Shown: piece after piece, positions 35,469 through 42,781 of the stretch
Position numbering within the stretch: position 1 is the stretch's first letter
Layout of the letters: every line of letters starts with the position of its first letter
Origin: an uncultured Ruminococcus sp.
GTDB taxonomy: Bacteria > Bacillota > Clostridia > Oscillospirales > CAG-272
NCBI GenBank assembly: GCA_902783905.1
Contig: CACZSP010000015.1
Span: forward strand, 1-45,677
Direction of reading: 5' to 3'
Length of the DNA: 45,677 bases
The notes under the pieces: model-generated
Database searches by the model: none
Seen by the model: the letters and a program-made list of their open reading frames with translations, nothing else
Told to the model about the DNA's origin: nothing
Program-made: the position numbers and the translations under genes

Positions 35469-36446
35469 TCAGAAAACGTTCGGGTTGGCGGATTTGAATT
35501 CGGCGCAGAGGCGGTCGGCGTCCGAAAGGAGGTCGCCGATCTCGCTTCTTTCGTAAAGAGTCGCTCCGCAGGCGCATTCGTGTCCGCCGCCGCGGTATTT
35601 TTCCGCCAGCCGGTTGACCGGGACGAATCTTGAGCGCAGACGCACGCGTATGCTCCCGTCCGGATTGTCTATAAAGGCGATCCAGATTATGCTTCCCCGT
35701 ATGTTTTCCATATAGGAGACCGACGCGCTGGCGTCCTCCTGCGAAATTCCGAAGCGGGATATGACGTCGGACGTTACCGTCAGATACGCGACTCCGGATC
35801 CTGTGCGCTTTATTTCCCCGAGCGCGAACGCCTTGAAGGCGACCGCCTCGAAATCGTCGAGATTCAGCTGTGAAAAGAGGGTCTCGGTGTCGATCCCGGT
35901 GTCAAGGAGCGTTCCGGCAAGCCGCAAAGTCTCGCCCGAGACGTCCCTTGTGCGGAATCTGCCGGAATCGGTGACCATTCCGCAGAAGAGAAGAGCCGCG
36001 GCTCTTTGGTTCAGCACGAGCTCGTCCGGAAATTCCGCCCGGAAAGCCGCGATCATCTCGCAGGTCGACGAACGCCGCTCCTCAACCCAGGCGCATTCGC
36101 AGTAGGGTCTTATATCCACGTGATGGTCGATCCGGATCCGATCTCCCGCCGACGCAAAATACGGATTTGCCAGGCGGTCCTCGGTCGCCGTGTCGAGAGC
36201 TACGGCAAGATATCCGGGATAATCCTCCTCGGGAACGGGAGCGTCCTCATTCCCCATAAAGGCAAGATGCTCGGACGAATCCGAGTTGACGCACACCACC
36301 GTCTTTCCGGGGAAGGACGCGCGAAGGATCTCCCGCAGTCCGTAGGAGGCGCCGAGTGCGTCTCCGTCGGGCCGCCTGTGTCTTACTATGACGATCTTTT
36401 CGTGTTTTTTTATCTTTTCCAGTATCCGTGCGGTTATTTCCGGCAT
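35469..36446 (-). CDS. DHH/DHHA1 phosphoesterase, NrnA-like (paralog 2)
   Basis: The ATG at 36446 (MPEITARILEKI...) lies 7 nt after the upstream stop. Motifs: VRHRRPDGDALGAS, IRIDHHVD (DHH), YRGGGHECACG (DHHA1 GGGH). Confidence 0.75.
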   Translation of the reverse strand: MPEITARILEKIKKHEKIVIVRHRRPDGDALGASYGLREILRASFPGKTVVCVNSDSSEHLAFMGNEDAPVPEEDYPGYLAVALDTATEDRLANPYFASAGDRIRIDHHVDIRPYCECAWVEERRSSTCEMIAAFRAEFPDELVLNQRAAALLFCGMVTDSGRFRTRDVSGETLRLAGTLLDTGIDTETLFSQLNLDDFEAVAFKAFALGEIKRTGSGVAYLTVTSDVISRFGISQEDASASVSYMENIRGSIIWIAFIDNPDGSIRVRLRSRFVPVNRLAEKYRGGGHECACGATLYERSEIGDLLSDADRLCAEFKSANPNVF

Positions 36447-36453
36447 TTTCCCG

Positions 36454-37395
36454 TCATTCCTTTCCCGACTGCAGCGCGTCAAGATCCGCAAGGAGGGCGC
36501 GCATTTCGTCCTCGTCCCGGAGGGTGCATCCGCTCGCCTTTGCGTGTCCGCCTCCGCCGTATTTGACCGCTACCGGGTTGATATTGTATTCGGCCGACCT
36601 TATCTCGCAAAGGATCCCGCCGTCGGTCGCGGTGAAGTTGACCCAGACTCCGACGCCCCGGATGTCCCCCATGACTCCCACCATTCCGCGGGAGATCGCA
36701 AACGGATCGGCTCCCGAGGACTCAAGTTCCTCCCTGGTCGTGTATATATAAGCGGTGTTGGCCGGAGTGAAGCGGATCTTGAGGATATATTCGGCTCGGC
36801 GCTTCACGTTCTCGAATTTTTCGGCGTAAAGCTCCCGGTAGACACGTCCGATATCCGCTCCGGCGTCGGCGAGCCGGGCGGCGCGAAGGAAGGTCGCGCT
36901 CCCCGTAGAGTCGTATCTGAAACGCCCCGAATCGGTCACGAGCCCGGCGTAAAGAGCGGTCGCCGCGTCGGGAGTCAGCGAAAGGTCCGCTTCGGCGGCA
37001 AGATCGCAGATCATCCCGCAGCAGCTTTCGGCCGAAGTATCGGTTATTTCGGTCGAACATATCTTTTCAACGAAAATATGATGATCGATCCGCAAGGTCT
37101 CCTTTGCGCCGAGGACCCGGGCGTCGCTCACGAGAGACGCCGCCGAGCAGTCGAGCAGTATACCGAGAGCCCGGGAATACTCCCCGTCCCCGATACCGTC
37201 GGTCCCGGAGCCCGGAATGAAGGAATATCTTCCCGCGGGATCTCCCGCGCAGAGCACCTTTTTGCCGGGGTAGTTTTCCCTTATAACAGCGGCAAGACCC
37301 GCCTGACTGCCCACGGCGTCTCCGTCGGGACGCGAGTGGCGGTGGATAATTATTTCGTCGTATTTTTCTATCAGCTTTATCGCGCTTTCATACAT
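36454..37395 (-). CDS. DHH/DHHA1 phosphoesterase, NrnA-like (paralog 1)
   Basis: 313 aa. Motifs: IHRHSRPDGDAVGSQ, LRIDHHIF (DHH), YGGGGHAKASG (GGGH). Confidence 0.8.
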   Translation of the reverse strand: MYESAIKLIEKYDEIIIHRHSRPDGDAVGSQAGLAAVIRENYPGKKVLCAGDPAGRYSFIPGSGTDGIGDGEYSRALGILLDCSAASLVSDARVLGAKETLRIDHHIFVEKICSTEITDTSAESCCGMICDLAAEADLSLTPDAATALYAGLVTDSGRFRYDSTGSATFLRAARLADAGADIGRVYRELYAEKFENVKRRAEYILKIRFTPANTAYIYTTREELESSGADPFAISRGMVGVMGDIRGVGVWVNFTATDGGILCEIRSAEYNINPVAVKYGGGGHAKASGCTLRDEDEMRALLADLDALQSGKE

Positions 37396-37413
37396 TTTTC
37401 GCAGATCTCCGGT

Positions 37414-38208
37414 TTATTTCGTTCCGAAAAACTTTCCCCACAGCCCGAAAAGCAGCAGATGGAGCGGGTAGATCGAGTAGTAAACGTATTTGTTCATCTG
37501 ACGCCCGCGCTGCCCGTTGTAGGCGGTGAGCAGCGGTATCACCAGCAGCCCCATCGCCTCGGTGACGGTGTAGTCGAGCATGACGCCGAGATATTTGTTC
37601 GTAAAAACGGCGGAAAGTCGGTCGATATTGTTTAAAATCAGCATCAGAGGGCATCCGGCGAGGGTCACCGCGACCAGAACGCTGTATTTCAACCCTTCGT
37701 CGGCGTCGTGCAGATAATAAAGACAGAGTATGACGGCGACCCCGAAGAAGGAATAATCGGTACTGAGCAGGTGCGCAGCGAGTCCGGCGAGAATGCCGGT
37801 CAGGGGAGCCAGCACCTTTTTGCATTCGGGAAAAGCCTCGGTTACGGTAACAGCCGCGGCGGCGAGAAAGTGGGTTATGAAAACGTTCTGATTTCCCGGC
37901 GACCAGAAGGTCCCGTAAAAGCAGAAATCGAAGAAGGGTTCGGATATAAAGGCGAAAAGCGCGAGCCGGAAAAGATATTTCGGGCGGCTGCGGGTGTGGA
38001 TCAACCCCTCGGCGATAAGAAAAGCGAAAATGAAAAAGGAGGGACGGGTCACGTACCACATAAGATCCTCGAGCCAGTCGGGGCCGTCGGCGAAACGGTC
38101 GAACCAGACGTATCCCATGTGATTGATTATCATCAAAACAATGGCGATATACTTCAGGGCGGCGCCCGATAGCCATCCTTTTTTCTCTGTCAGCGGCGAA
38201 CCGTTCAC
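37414..38208 (-). CDS. TraX-family membrane protein
   Basis: 264 aa. GTG start in a GTGA overlap with the nadD stop. LKYIAIVLMIINHMGY is the TraX-type N-terminal block. Polytopic. Confidence 0.7.
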   Translation of the reverse strand: MNGSPLTEKKGWLSGAALKYIAIVLMIINHMGYVWFDRFADGPDWLEDLMWYVTRPSFFIFAFLIAEGLIHTRSRPKYLFRLALFAFISEPFFDFCFYGTFWSPGNQNVFITHFLAAAAVTVTEAFPECKKVLAPLTGILAGLAAHLLSTDYSFFGVAVILCLYYLHDADEGLKYSVLVAVTLAGCPLMLILNNIDRLSAVFTNKYLGVMLDYTVTEAMGLLVIPLLTAYNGQRGRQMNKYVYYSIYPLHLLLFGLWGKFFGTK

Positions 38209-38810
38209 TTTTTTGCTCTCCGTTTCGGATATAGTCTGTGTTTTTTGATATATTCCTCCGCCGCCGCGGGAAGTCCCGCGTCGGCCGTTCCGTCCCGCAC
38301 GCCCGTCGAACTGACGACCAGGGGGTCTTCGGTGTAAAGCGTCACCCGCGAGCCGGTCTCGTCCTCTATCGCGCGCGCCTCGGCCAGCGCCGCCTCAAGA
38401 TCTCCCGCGTCCCGCAAAACGGCAAAAAGCGGCGAGATCGAAAGGATACGGCGCCATTCGTGCCATTTTCTGAATGAGATCAGCTGATCCGACCCGATGA
38501 CGAGGAAAAAGGTGTCGTCGGGATATTCGTTTTTAAGCGCCTCGAGTGTATCGACTGTGTAGCTCGTCCCTCCCCGGCGTATCTCGTCGTCCCTGACCTC
38601 GGCTCCGGGTATCCCGGAAAAAGCGAGACGGCAGAGTTCCAGGCGCCCGGCGTCGGTCGGCTGACCGCGGCGCCTTTTTTTAAATGGGGATACGGCCGCG
38701 GGAATAATGAAGATCCTGTCGGCGCCCAGTTCTTTCACGGCAAGAGAGGCGGCCCGCAGGTGCCCCGCGTGCGGAGGATCGAAGCTGCCCCCGTAAACGG
38801 CGGTCAGCAT
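38205..38810 (-). CDS. nadD: Nicotinate-nucleotide adenylyltransferase
   Basis: 201 aa. YGGSFDPPHAGH (HxGH nucleotidyltransferase motif) and a C-terminal SSTGVR block. Confidence 0.85.
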   Translation of the reverse strand: MLTAVYGGSFDPPHAGHLRAASLAVKELGADRIFIIPAAVSPFKKRRRGQPTDAGRLELCRLAFSGIPGAEVRDDEIRRGGTSYTVDTLEALKNEYPDDTFFLVIGSDQLISFRKWHEWRRILSISPLFAVLRDAGDLEAALAEARAIEDETGSRVTLYTEDPLVVSSTGVRDGTADAGLPAAAEEYIKKHRLYPKRRAKK

Positions 38811-39586
38811 CCCGGATCGAAGGACGCCATCGGCAACGTTTTAAATAGATTTGCCCTGTGCTTTGCGTCGATAAGACGGCGGGCGTCGGCGTCGGGACAT
38901 ACGCCTGTCAGTATGTAAGTGTCAAGCGTCTCGTATGAAAAGCCGAGATTGTCCTCGTCGGTCTTTCCTGTAAGTCCGTCGAACGGGGGCTTGTGCACGA
39001 AGCGCGTCGGAAGTCCGAGAGCCTCGCCGACCAGCCGCACCTCGGTCACCGTCAGTCCGGCAAGCGGCGCGAAATCACCCGCCGTGTCTCCCCAGACCGT
39101 CATATAGCCCACGTACCGCTCCGAGCGGTTGCCGTTGTTGGAGACCCTGCCTCCGAGCGACTGCGAGACGGCGTAAAGAGTCGACATCCGGATCCGCGGC
39201 GCGAGGTTGACGAGCGTCTGCGTCCCCGGCTCGATACCGGCGCCCCGCATCGACGCGACCACGCCGTCGTAAGCTTCGTCGATATTGATCTCGGCGTATT
39301 TTATACCCAGGGTCTTCACGACGTCGTAGGACGTCCCGATGTCCGGCTGCAGCCCGTTGGGCATAAGTACGCCGAAGACCCGCTCCTTCCCGAGCGCGCG
39401 CACGCAAAGCGCGGCGACGACCGTCGAGTCCTTTCCTCCCGAGATACCGATCACGACGGGAGAATCCTTCCCGTTTTTTTCGAACCAGGCGGCGATCCAG
39501 TCGGCGGCGCGTCCGGCGACGGCGGCATAGTCCCGCTCGGATAAATATTCTTTCAGAAATTCGTTCACGGCGGCAGATCCTTTCAT
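38804..39586 (-). CDS. nadE: NH3-dependent NAD+ synthetase
   Basis: 260 aa. PP-loop GISGGKDSTVVAAL. The ATG at 39586 has no SD, so the GTG at 39568 preceded by AAAGGA is an alternative start. Confidence 0.85.
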   Translation of the reverse strand: MKGSAAVNEFLKEYLSERDYAAVAGRAADWIAAWFEKNGKDSPVVIGISGGKDSTVVAALCVRALGKERVFGVLMPNGLQPDIGTSYDVVKTLGIKYAEINIDEAYDGVVASMRGAGIEPGTQTLVNLAPRIRMSTLYAVSQSLGGRVSNNGNRSERYVGYMTVWGDTAGDFAPLAGLTVTEVRLVGEALGLPTRFVHKPPFDGLTGKTDEDNLGFSYETLDTYILTGVCPDADARRLIDAKHRANLFKTLPMASFDPGC

Positions 39587-39610
39587 ACAATACGCTTTTT
39601 ATAACATTTT

Positions 39611-39639
39611 ATTATATATCAAAACGTCCGATCAGTCAA
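39611..39639 (-). promoter_or_regulatory. SigA-type promoter of the nadE operon
   Basis: Minus strand reads TTGACT (39639-39634), exactly 17 nt, then TATAAT (39616-39611). The -35 contains the TGA stop (39638-39636) of the pseudouridine synthase gene. Confidence 0.6.
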
Positions 39640-40310
39640 TCATTTTTTACCGTCGGGCGCTGTTCGGACGCCGCAACGTACGCCTCTATAATCTTTCTTT
39701 CGCCTTCGTTCAGCGGCCTGTACTCTCCCTCGGGGAGGGATTCGTCGAGACTGATGCCTCCGACGGAGATCCTGCGCAGGTAAACGACCCGGCAACCGAC
39801 GGCACGCATCATCAGCTTGACCTGATGCTTCCTTCCCTCGCTTATCTCCAGCTCCGCCGAAAAGGCGGCGCCGTTCGGATTTTTCAGATATCTCGTCTTC
39901 CGCGACGGCGGAAGGTATCCGGCTATCTGTGAAACGGTGAATACGCCGGTCCGGCGGAAAACAGCGGGACGGGACATGACTCCGCTGCCGCCTATGAAAA
40001 CTCCGCTTGCGATCTTTTCGGCCATTTCGGGAGTCACTTCGCCGATGGCGTAAAAAAAGTACTTTTTCGGCACGTGCCTCTCCGGCTCCAGCAGGGCGCG
40101 GTCGACCCGGCCGTCGTCGGTGAAAAGAAGGAGTCCCCGCGTATCTCTGTCAAGTCGTCCCACAGGATGGAGCCGGCCGGCGGTCCCTTCGGGAAAAAAC
40201 TCCATTACCGTCGCCCCGTACGGATCCCGGCAGGAAGTGAGATAGCCGGCGGGCTTGTTGAACATGTATATTTCGCCGAGCGGCGGCGAGATCAGGGGGA
40301 AATCCGTCAT
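39636..40310 (-). CDS. Pseudouridine synthase, RsuA/RluB/RluE/RluF family
   Basis: 224 aa. Catalytic block HPVGRLDRDTRGLLLFTDDG and KHQVKLM. No obvious N-terminal S4 domain. Confidence 0.8.
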   Translation of the reverse strand: MTDFPLISPPLGEIYMFNKPAGYLTSCRDPYGATVMEFFPEGTAGRLHPVGRLDRDTRGLLLFTDDGRVDRALLEPERHVPKKYFFYAIGEVTPEMAEKIASGVFIGGSGVMSRPAVFRRTGVFTVSQIAGYLPPSRKTRYLKNPNGAAFSAELEISEGRKHQVKLMMRAVGCRVVYLRRISVGGISLDESLPEGEYRPLNEGERKIIEAYVAASEQRPTVKND

Positions 40311-40391
40311 TTCAGCTTCTCCGTATCGTCTTTATACAAAAATATGTCGTTGTTCTGTTTTTCCTTATCATTTCACCACTTTTCCGGCAGT

Positions 40392-41669
40392 TTACAGAAG
40401 TTCAACACGATTCATCAGGAAATCAAGCAGGTTACAATTAAATACCCCGCTGTCGTCATAAAAACTCGTCGGGATATCCCGCCTGATAACGATTTTCTTA
40501 AAGAAGTCTCCGGTAAGCCGCAGCGAATCAAGTTCCGCATCCGCCTTTTCCTGTTCTTCCATTCTCAAAGCGGATTGAATATAGATCCTTTTGTCAGAAT
40601 AATTGACGACAAAATCTATCTCTTTCAGCTTTTTATCACCGCCTCTTCTGTCTTCCACAACACCGACGTCCACGGAATACCCGCGCCTTATCAGTTCGTT
40701 ATAAATGACGTTTTCCGTCATGTGTCCGGGGTCGATTTGCCGATAGTTCAAGCGGACGTTGCGTAGGCCGATGTCCGTGTAATAATACTTATTCGGGTAG
40801 TCAAAATACTTTTTCCCCTTCACGTCATACCTCTTTGCCTCGGAAATGAGGAAAGCGTCCATCGTATGCCTCAAGTACCTGGAGACCGTATCATCGGTTA
40901 TTTTCGCTGTCAACCTTACGTTAAGCGCTCCGGTTATTTTGCTTGCATTTGTTAACGACCCAATCTGCGAGGCCAGATAGTCAAGCATGTTTTCCAGTAC
41001 GTCTTCCCGTTGAATTTTCGCGTGCTCCACCAGGTCTTTGATATAAATCTCATCATACAGATTTTTCAAATACGCACGCTTTCTTTCGGGCGTAGGCTCG
41101 TTTACAAGTCCCGGCATCCCGCCGTAAAGCATATATTCATCAAACGCTTCACTCTCCACGCCTCCCCGGTAAGCGTAAAACTCCTCAAAAGACAGGGGAT
41201 AAACTTTTATCTGACTGGATCTGCCCCTGAATTCCGTAGCAATGTCGCTGGATAACATTCTGGAATTGCTTCCCGTAACGTAGCAATCGAGGTTAGGGTA
41301 TGCCCTCAATTCATTGAGCATATCATATATCGTGACCTCAATATTGCCGTTTTCTTTATCCGCTGCCGTTGTCGTGTATTGCACCTCGTCGATAAAAAGA
41401 TAGTATTTCGTGCTTTTATCCCCGGTGACAATCTCTTCGACGTATTCACACAGATCGATTGGATTTCTGTACCTGTAAAACTTTCTCTTATCCAGTTCGA
41501 TTTCAATGATTTGTCTTTCATTCACGCCCGTGGAAAGCAGGTATTCTTTAAACAGTATAAAAAGAAGAGTGGACTTACCTCCCCTTCTGATTCCGGTAAT
41601 AACTTTAATATTCCCATCCCACATCCTTTCGATGATTTGGTCAAGGTAAAAATCTCTTTTAATAATCAT
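40392..41669 (-). CDS. AAA+ ATPase with a C-terminal DUF4143-type (restriction-endonuclease-like) domain
   Basis: The ATG at 41669 has GGAGG 7 nt upstream, whereas the tracked ORF starts at GTG 41681. Walker A GIRRGGKST, Walker B YLFIDEVQ. C-terminal ENVIYNELIRRGYSV...KEIDFVV...IYIQS. Lies in a visibly AT-richer segment. Confidence 0.8.
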   Translation of the reverse strand: MIIKRDFYLDQIIERMWDGNIKVITGIRRGGKSTLLFILFKEYLLSTGVNERQIIEIELDKRKFYRYRNPIDLCEYVEEIVTGDKSTKYYLFIDEVQYTTTAADKENGNIEVTIYDMLNELRAYPNLDCYVTGSNSRMLSSDIATEFRGRSSQIKVYPLSFEEFYAYRGGVESEAFDEYMLYGGMPGLVNEPTPERKRAYLKNLYDEIYIKDLVEHAKIQREDVLENMLDYLASQIGSLTNASKITGALNVRLTAKITDDTVSRYLRHTMDAFLISEAKRYDVKGKKYFDYPNKYYYTDIGLRNVRLNYRQIDPGHMTENVIYNELIRRGYSVDVGVVEDRRGGDKKLKEIDFVVNYSDKRIYIQSALRMEEQEKADAELDSLRLTGDFFKKIVIRRDIPTSFYDDSGVFNCNLLDFLMNRVELL

Positions 41670-41698
41670 AAGAGCCTCCACAATCGGAATTTAAGACG

Positions 41699-41718
41699 TT
41701 TCTGCCGTAAGTTTCGAC
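41699..41718 (-). repeat. 20-bp direct repeat, promoter-proximal copy
   Basis: Minus strand GTCGAAACTTACGGCAGAAA starts 3 nt downstream of the -10 box of the ATPase promoter. Identical to 41785-41804. Confidence 0.9.
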
Positions 41719-41721
41719 TAT

Positions 41722-41750
41722 ATTATACCTCCTCCAATCATAAAAATCAA
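41722..41750 (-). promoter_or_regulatory. SigA-type promoter of the AAA+/DUF4143 gene
   Basis: Minus strand reads TTGATT (41750-41745), exactly 17 nt, then TATAAT (41727-41722). Confidence 0.6.
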
Positions 41751-41784
41751 GTACTTTGCCAACGGTTGTTCGAAAGTTTTGTCA

Positions 41785-41804
41785 TTTCTGCCGTAAGTTT
41801 CGAC
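41785..41804 (-). repeat. 20-bp direct repeat, distal copy
   Basis: Minus strand GTCGAAACTTACGGCAGAAA, 34 nt upstream of the -35 box. Lies at the transition from AT-rich to GC-rich sequence. Confidence 0.9.
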
Positions 41805-41915
41805 CGGTTGCGGTGCTTCCGGAACGACGCCGCCTATCGATTGTTCCAATCCGGCATTTGAGACGCCGGCACGTCACAATCAAATGAATAAGGGACGCAA
41901 ACCATATTGTGAAAC

Positions 41916-41957
41916 ACGAAAAATCGCGCGCCGGACTCATCGGCAGTCCGGCGCGCG
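41916..41957 (-). terminator. Rho-independent terminator of hsp20
   Basis: CGCGCGCCGGACT / AGTCCGGCGCGCG, a 13-bp GC-rich stem (41925-41957), followed on the minus strand by ATTTTTCGTGTTT. Confidence 0.75.
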
Positions 41958-41989
41958 CAGCTTATTCGTTTGTTGCAGTGATCAGAAGA

Positions 41990-42430
41990 TCATTTGATCT
42001 CGAGTCTTCTCGTTTCGGGTTCTTTTGCTGACTTTTTGGGAAGAGTCAGGGTCAGGACGCCGTTGTCGTAGGCGGCGGTGATGTTCTCCGAGTCGATCCC
42101 CGTGATGTCGAAGGCGCGGCTGTAGGAACCGTAGGACCTTTCGACACGCACGTATTTCGACTTCTTGTCGTCCTTTTCGTAGTTGCTGTGCCTTTCGGCG
42201 CTGACCGTCATGGTGTCTCCCGCGATATCGATCTTGATGTCGTCCTTGTTGAATCCGGGCAGATCGGTCTCGACGGTGTAGGAGTCGCCGTTATCGGTGA
42301 TATCGGTGCTGAAGGTGTGGATGCGCTCTCCGAAGAAGGAGCGCTCAAAATCGTCGAGTTCGCGGAACGGATCGTATACGTTCACGCCTCTCTGGTGACG
42401 GTTGTGAAAATAAGGTGTAAGTTCAAACAT
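41990..42430 (-). CDS. Hsp20/alpha-crystallin small heat-shock protein
   Basis: 146 aa. Alpha-crystallin-domain blocks YTVETDLPGFNKDDIKIDI, GSYSRAFDI and AAYDNGVLTLTLPK. GGAGG RBS. Confidence 0.9.
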   Translation of the reverse strand: MFELTPYFHNRHQRGVNVYDPFRELDDFERSFFGERIHTFSTDITDNGDSYTVETDLPGFNKDDIKIDIAGDTMTVSAERHSNYEKDDKKSKYVRVERSYGSYSRAFDITGIDSENITAAYDNGVLTLTLPKKSAKEPETRRLEIK

Positions 42431-42437
42431 AATAAAT

Positions 42438-42463
42438 ACCTCCGTGTATTTTGTTCGGAGGGT
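42438..42463 (-). promoter_or_regulatory. SD-sequestering hairpin in the hsp20 leader (RNA-thermometer candidate)
   Basis: The minus-strand RNA reads ACCCUCCG-AACAAAAUACA-CGGAGGU. CCUCCG pairs with CGGAGG, the Shine-Dalgarno sequence that sits 7 nt before the AUG. Confidence 0.35.
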
Positions 42464-42513
42464 GGCTGCCGGCTTCCGGACGCCCGCAGCGCCTCTCTTT
42501 TGTTTACGACAAT

Positions 42514-42519
42514 ATTATA
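42514..42519 (-). promoter_or_regulatory. Possible -10 box for hsp20
   Basis: Minus strand reads GGTGTATAAT. Only a weak -35 (ATAAAT/CATAAA) at 17-18 nt. Confidence 0.3.
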
Positions 42520-42569
42520 CACCCCAATTGTGAATAATTTATGTTTTTTCTATGTCGTTTTTGTAAATG

Positions 42570-42596
42570 TTGGCAGTCTTTTTATAAGAGTGCTAA
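42570..42596. promoter_or_regulatory. CIRCE-like inverted repeat (putative HrcA operator)
   Basis: TTGGCAGTC-N9-GAGTGCTAA versus the consensus TTAGCACTC-N9-GAGTGCTAA. One arm is perfect, the other matches 7/9, and the 9-nt spacer is correct. Lies 140-166 nt upstream of the hsp20 ATG. Confidence 0.45.
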
Positions 42597-42752
42597 ATAT
42601 TGCGCCTCATTATGTGGCATTACATTGATTATCGCGAAATAATTCGGCATATCCGGCTCCGATGTGCCAACGCCTGGCGCGTTTCGGCATGTTCCTTTTC
42701 ATGCGGCGGGACAGATGACAAACGGCAATTTCACCGGCCGTCATCTTTTCTC

Positions 42753-42781
42753 TTGACTTTTTTTATTATTTCACATATAAT
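42753..42781 (+). promoter_or_regulatory. SigA-type promoter of the SGNH lipoprotein gene
   Basis: TTGACT (42753-42758), exactly 17 nt, then TATAAT (42776-42781), about 70 nt before the ATG at 42855. Confidence 0.65.

Noticed and set aside
37388-38176. 262-aa alternative-frame ORF overlapping the TraX gene on the same strand.
   Set aside because: It is extremely Arg-rich (RRRPRLARG..., RRRRVEIQRSGRGDPRR). The TraX frame gives a coherent polytopic membrane protein with the family motif.
39587-39635. Riboswitch or leader structure upstream of nadE, and likewise upstream of the ABC operon at 25891-25989.
   Set aside because: The leaders are only about 20-100 nt, AT-rich and lack conserved-looking helices. 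They are too short for known NAD-related or sugar-related riboswitch classes.
41699-41804. Considered whether the 20-bp direct repeats are a minimal CRISPR array or att sites of a mobile element.
   Set aside because: There are only two copies, the repeat has no dyad symmetry and no cas genes are present. Both copies lie on the same side of the AT-rich gene, and no integrase or transposase is present. Kept as a regulatory or structural repeat finding instead.
41805-41915. GC-rich non-coding stretch between the distal repeat and the hsp20 terminator, as a possible gene remnant or small RNA.
   Set aside because: There is no ORF with a start and RBS and no strong structure beyond a 5-bp stem (CCGGC...GCCGG). 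A pseudogene cannot be argued without a homology search.
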